A stretch of 51,986 nt of DNA, filler included, from Porpidia crustulata (Eukaryota): NCBI GenBank assembly GCA_964255105.1. It is 3 parts of 3 records of this genome, joined end to end, with 100 filler letters (N's around TTAATTAATTAA, not from the genome) between each part and the next. Parts side by side here need not be neighbours in the genome. Positions count along the whole stretch, not along the records: positions 34,741 to 51,986 come from CAXUWE010000227.1; 2 more parts are not named here. One strand, given 5' to 3'. Of this stretch, positions 47,212 through 51,986 are shown one piece after another; position 1 is the stretch's first letter, and the number at the start of each line of letters is the position of its first letter. Below the pieces are notes generated by a model. That model had not been told where the DNA came from, searched no databases, and saw nothing but the letters and a program-made list of their open reading frames with translations. The translations under genes and the position numbers were made by a program.

Positions 47212-48488
47212 ATGTTTTTGTCTCTCGTTTGCTTGACCCTTCTGGTAATCGTCGCCTCGCGCTCAATCTCGCCTGCAATCTCCCACAAGCCCTTTCACCA
47301 AGACTCGGATGGATCCTCGACAGTCGTTGCAAGTACAAGCTGGCACAAGCTGAGTAGAGATGGATCTATTGTTGTTTTCACTTCCACATCCAGGCCGGAG
47401 GTCATGGACAAGGATGTTGGAACGTCTTCAGAGGTACGTCCTCAAAGATGGACTGATTCTTTAGAATTTGACTCAATTTGTAGGTTCCTCATGAGTATCC
47501 TTCGAAGACCGGAAATCTGTCTTCAACAAAATACCCTGTGGGCAATCTTACAAGTGCTCTGGCCGCGTCTACAACGAATGCAACGATACACAAAGCAGCT
47601 ACATGCAAGAGCGTTAAACCTCCAGCAACAAATTCGGCACCTTGCAACATCATCGGTGGACGTCTCTATTGCGATGTTTGCCCGCCAAAATCATCTCAAC
47701 TCAAACAATGTCCTTGGCTTTGCAAGTCTCCTTTCGCAATAGGCTCTACGTTCGCCTGCTCCAAAATCAACACTACTGGTTTGTTTGGGAAGTTCCCCTG
47801 TCAGAAGTGCTTGCCAGCGTGCAATAGCACGACAGCGTCAGTCACTCTTTCACGGTCACCAATAATCTCTCCGACATCCACCACACATGCCAGTGGGGAC
47901 AAGCCATCGACGACAACGGCCAAAGCAGACTGTAAATCGTCGAAGCCATTTGAAACAGATTCACCAGCAGTCCAGGCTATTGAGAATGGGATATCATACT
48001 CATACCGATTCTCGTGTGGGGCCTCCGCGGCTACAGTGGTCGGTTGCCCCTATCTCTGCAATCGTGGGCCCAATAACCATACTCTTCGGTTGTGCAGTAA
48101 CGAGGATATATCGGACCCTGTGACTGACCCAATCGAGTCTCGCCTCGTCTGCGAACCCTGCTTACTTCGAAACGGAGCGCCGTATATTAGTCTCAACCCG
48201 AGCACCAGCAGTAACCCTTCTACAACATGCACATCTGTCGGTGCAGGTGGGACATTATGCCCTCTGGTCAAACACGAAGCTGCTTCCGCCAGCAATGCGC
48301 CCTTATTTCAGTCGCGTTGTGGAACCAGTCCCGCTGAAGTCGCCAAGTGCCCTTTTCTCTGCACGACAGTGGATCCTGCCTTTATTGACCTTTTCCGTTG
48401 TGTCAATGAAGATGTTAGTGGCGAGAATACGATTTTCGATGAATATCACATCGAATCTTGTGTCAAGTGTTTACCAGCTTGTGCCTAG
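47212..48488 (+). CDS. Secreted cysteine-rich protein (~408 aa) with three repeated Cys modules; exons 47212-47433, 47484-48488
   Basis: Signal peptide MFLSLVCLTLLVIVAS. Phase-0 intron 47434-47483 (GTACGT..TTGAC..TGTAG). Motifs CPWLC/CPYLC/CPFLC and CQKCL/CEPCL/CVKCL each recur three times. Confidence 0.78.
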
Positions 48489-49543
48489 CGATATGAGTAG
48501 CTCCGTGAAGGGGTGAGGATTCTATGACGTTGTTATTGTGTGGTAAGGGAGGTGTGGAGGTAGTCGTGGGGGTAATGACTGTCGCTTCATGGTTTGCTTC
48601 TACGGCGGACGCTATCAACTTGCCTTCCGGAGGCTAGAAATCCACTACTTTACTCTAGTAAAGAGTGCTTGGGGATTATGGAGTCACAAAACGCCAAATG
48701 AAAACCATGCGCTGTGGGAACAGCAGAGCGTCTGAGTGATGTGGACTCGTGTATTCGCTGTGCTACTCGCGTCTATCGCGAAAGGCGTCAATGAGCTGGT
48801 TGAGGTCGTCAAATCATCAAAACGTCAAGACACAAATAACGATAGGTCAATGAATATGAATATTGATTAATGATGCAGTAGCGCACGGCACATGTGCGTG
48901 ATAATGCGAGTAAGTAGCACTCTGCACTGCGATTGAGCTGTTCTACTCGGGTACTTACGCAACTCGATACCGTAAACACCAAGGCTTGGTGTGGAGACTA
49001 CAGGCGTCTCGACCAGTTTGGTGCGCGACTAAACACTCGAATGCTTCCACATGCAATACTTTGATCTGAAATGCCACACCAACAAACACCAACTATCACT
49101 AGTAAGCTTGAGGGTATCCGAGGAGAATCTGATCAAAAGGGAATTTGGGGTGCCAAGTCCCTGCCGAACCCCTCGTCTATCCGCCTGACTGCCCACTGCC
49201 GTTCCTCCAAGGGTAGGTAACAATACCTATTGCGTAAATTCCATTACTATTTCCACTGGTTCCTGCATCTTTGCCTCATCAACGCTCGTTACGATATCCT
49301 CCCAAATTACTTGCGATATCATCCTTCAAAGACCTTACATTATCACCGATCGCCGGCACCTTTGAGATTGAGGCCTTCCAAGCGACCAACCCGCGTAGGT
49401 TCCACACGCGGAATCTACAGCTTAAAGCCGAATCACGAAATCCGGGGTGCAGGTAATTGATCTCAAATCCTTCGAAACCACCAATCATTCACCCCGCGAC
49501 CTTTGCGACATTGGCGGATGGGGCGTGAATGTTGGCAAGAGCA

Positions 49544-51422
49544 ATGAACCACATCTCCACGTCCACTTGGTCGCCCATGGTCTCCGGCCCAGAGGAAGAT
49601 TTCTCCAGCTTTCTTGAGTTTGGTGACCTACAACTCACATTTCCAGGCTTTGATGGCGGGCAACAAAATCGCGGGGAGCCGCAGGAAGATGCGGGCGCAA
49701 TGGAGACCTCCGCAGAGAATACTGCTGTAATGATGGGAATTGAGGAGGGGCACATTCAGCAGCAGCTCGAGCAGCCAACATCAATGCTCTCAATGAGTGG
49801 GTACCATGGTTCCACACAACCGTTTCCCATGACCATGCAAACGGAATATCTTGAACAGCCCCACTTTCCCATGCAAGGGCAACAGTACCATCACATCGTC
49901 CCGCCTACACCGAACAGCATTGAGATGCATGGTGACCATGCACGGTACAGCCAGCCAGCGCTAGACCCTCAGGCGCAGGCGATATATGAACGTTACAGGC
50001 GAAGACAAAAGGACCAAGTACGAGATGATAGCCCCCAAACTTGGGTTGATTGGAGCTGATATGATATAGATGGTTTTCACGCCATTGGTATCGCCAGCTG
50101 TCACTCCTCTCGATACCCAATTCCAATACCCTGATTACCCAGTACCAGGAGAATACTTTAGTCCTCTGACTTCGCCTGCACTAGAAGCTCAAAACCATGC
50201 AGCGCAGCGCTCGGTCTATGGTGCTATGCGAGGCTCCGACACTTCTGATACGACTTCCCCTATTGATATGAGCCTCGAATTTGGCGGACCTACATCTGCG
50301 GCAAATTCGGCTGTTATACGAAAGTCAAAAAGAAAAACGTCTTCTACTACGGTAAAGAATCCTGCTCGCGCAGTCAAGCAATCTCCATCGATGAAACCCC
50401 AGAATCGAAGAAAGCAATCTGCTAGTACATCCATACCGCCTAAAGAGGTTGCAGGAATAATTGAAGATGCTCGACGGTCAAAGCCACCTGATCGATCTGC
50501 AAGCCTTGACGGGAGTCTTCCTTTACCCTGCGGCCAAGATAGCTCGGAAGCCGAATCGATATCACCGGAACCTTTGTCGGAGATATTAATGCCGCCTCCT
50601 GCTACGCCGAAATCCTCATCATCGAGTAAATCCCCATATCTCGCCGCAAAGCAAGCGGGGCCTCAACCGACGCCTATACCTTGCTCGGATACGGACAACG
50701 CGCCTGCCACACCAGCATCTCTGATGAAAATTCGGAAGCAGGCTGGCAAAGGTACGAGCGGCCTACATCGGCCATCAAGCCTTAAAGAGCAGGCAAACAT
50801 TGCCGAGGCAGACATGGAACAGATTATGGAAGATATAACTTTACCCGAATCGGCCAAAGCGACGAGACCTTCTTTGACTCCTATAAATACCGCAGGAGCC
50901 AATAATAGTGAAACCACACCTACCCTCGCCGCTCGAAAGACTCCCAGGTATGGACCTCAAAGCGCTCCTCTCAGCGCAACTAGTTCTGTTTTTCCTAGTC
51001 CTATGGCTTCTCCTCGCGGTGTCACACCTGGCAGGCGGGATCTGAAAGCAGGAAAAAAGAGGAATAGCAGCAGTTCAGTCCACGTCAGCCCGGCTCTTCG
51101 TCCAAAGATGTCCCCGAGTATCAAGCCTTTGCTCCCAGAAGGATGTCAGTCAACATCACTTTTTACTCTTTTGACGGTTGGACACTAACGATACCAGCAA
51201 TCGTCAACGCCGAAACCTCCGCCCTCCTCCTCGCATCCAAATCCAACTACCAAAACATCCTCGAAGGCACCCACCTCCCCGGCGTCTCCTACCCCGAAGC
51301 CCTTTCCACCAACCTCACATCCAAACGCACATCTCACAAAATCGCCGAGCAAGGCCGTCGCAACCGCATCAATACCGCTCTGCAGGAAATCGCCTCCCTG
51401 CTGCCTCCTCCTCCGCCTCTCA

Positions 51423-51454
<32 letters not shown>

Positions 51455-51646
51455 ACCCCGGCCAAAGACCCGCAAGAGGGCGTGGTGGTGGGAAGCATGA
51501 TGATGACGGGCACAGCGGCGCAGCAGAGCAACAGTAAAGCCAGCACGGTCGAGATGGCGATTGAGTATATTAAGAGCCTGCAGGGGGAGTTGAAGGAGGT
51601 CAAGGGGAGGTTGACGGAGGCGGAGATGAGGTTGGGGGGGAAGTGA
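49544..51646 (+). CDS. nuc-1: Phosphate-acquisition bHLH transcription factor (Pho4/NUC-1/PalcA); exons 49544-50017, 50070-51144, 51198-51646
   Basis: VPPTPNSIEM, FTPLVSPAVTP, YFSPLTSPAL, LLASKSNYQNILEG and bHLH SKRTSHKIAEQGRRNRIN...SKASTVEMAIEYI. An in-frame ATG at 49529 is an alternative start. Confidence 0.92.
51425..51454 (+). repeat. (GGCAAC)x5 coding microsatellite giving GN repeats in the bHLH loop
   Basis: ggcaac repeated five times, read directly. Confidence 0.85.
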
Positions 51647-51986
51647 TTTTGTGAGGGGTTGGATTGCACTCGGAAGAAAAAGGGGGTATATAGTGCAAGG
51701 AAAGTGATCTTTCTCATGTGTCCATGTCGCCCAAGGAGGATATATGTCATGTATTTATGATACTCAGGCGCAGGCGCTCAGTCGCTTTCAGGTGCTTTAG
51801 GAGTTCAAAGGATAAATCACGGGGCTTACGCTAGAGTGAGGGTGAGGTGAGGAGGACAAGGACAAGGGCGAGGATAGGGAGCGAGGAGGTAGGGTGAGGA
51901 GGGATCGCGTAGATGGGTTTTCTCTTTCCGCAGCGGGACCAGGTACTAAAATAGTCCACTTACATACCCATATATATGAGCGAAAT

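Noticed and set aside
48880..48900. CACATGTG upstream of nuc-1 as an autoregulatory Pho4 site
   Set aside because: Not the canonical CACGTG/CACGTT, and a single short match is expected by chance.
1..51986. Secondary-metabolite cluster or Starship-like cargo region
   Set aside because: No PKS, NRPS, terpene synthase, tyrosine recombinase or intact transposase is seen. Most genes are housekeeping genes on three separately assembled pieces.

Overview
Intron-containing, gene-dense DNA from a filamentous ascomycete (Pezizomycotina-type GT..CTRAC..YAG introns, mostly 50-70 nt). The window is three assembly pieces joined by artificial 100-nt spacers (44 N + TTAATTAATTAA + 44 N, at 17287-17386 and 34641-34740), so gene order across them may not be real. 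Piece 1: REV7 3' end, an RNF216-like RBR E3 ligase, a GNAT acetyltransferase with a 13-aa N-terminal repeat expansion, DCC1, a BUD3-like RhoGEF and a YVC1/TRP-like channel that appears to use a 4-nt microexon. Piece 2: an MFS sugar porter, a possibly decayed region, a 122-bp TA-flanked MITE, a Dnt1/Net1-like gene with a GC-AG intron and a truncated >2,400-aa secreted WSC-domain Ser/Thr mucin-like protein. Piece 3: a 129-aa spliced gene missing from the ORF track, a G3BP-like gene, a 295-bp CAC..GTG element with a 5-bp TSD (Transib-like signature), a septin-like GTPase with a predicted C-terminal membrane anchor, HSP90, a secreted protein with three Cys-rich repeats and a Pho4/NUC-1 bHLH factor. 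Gene models were built by eye and family calls come from remembered motifs, not database searches.
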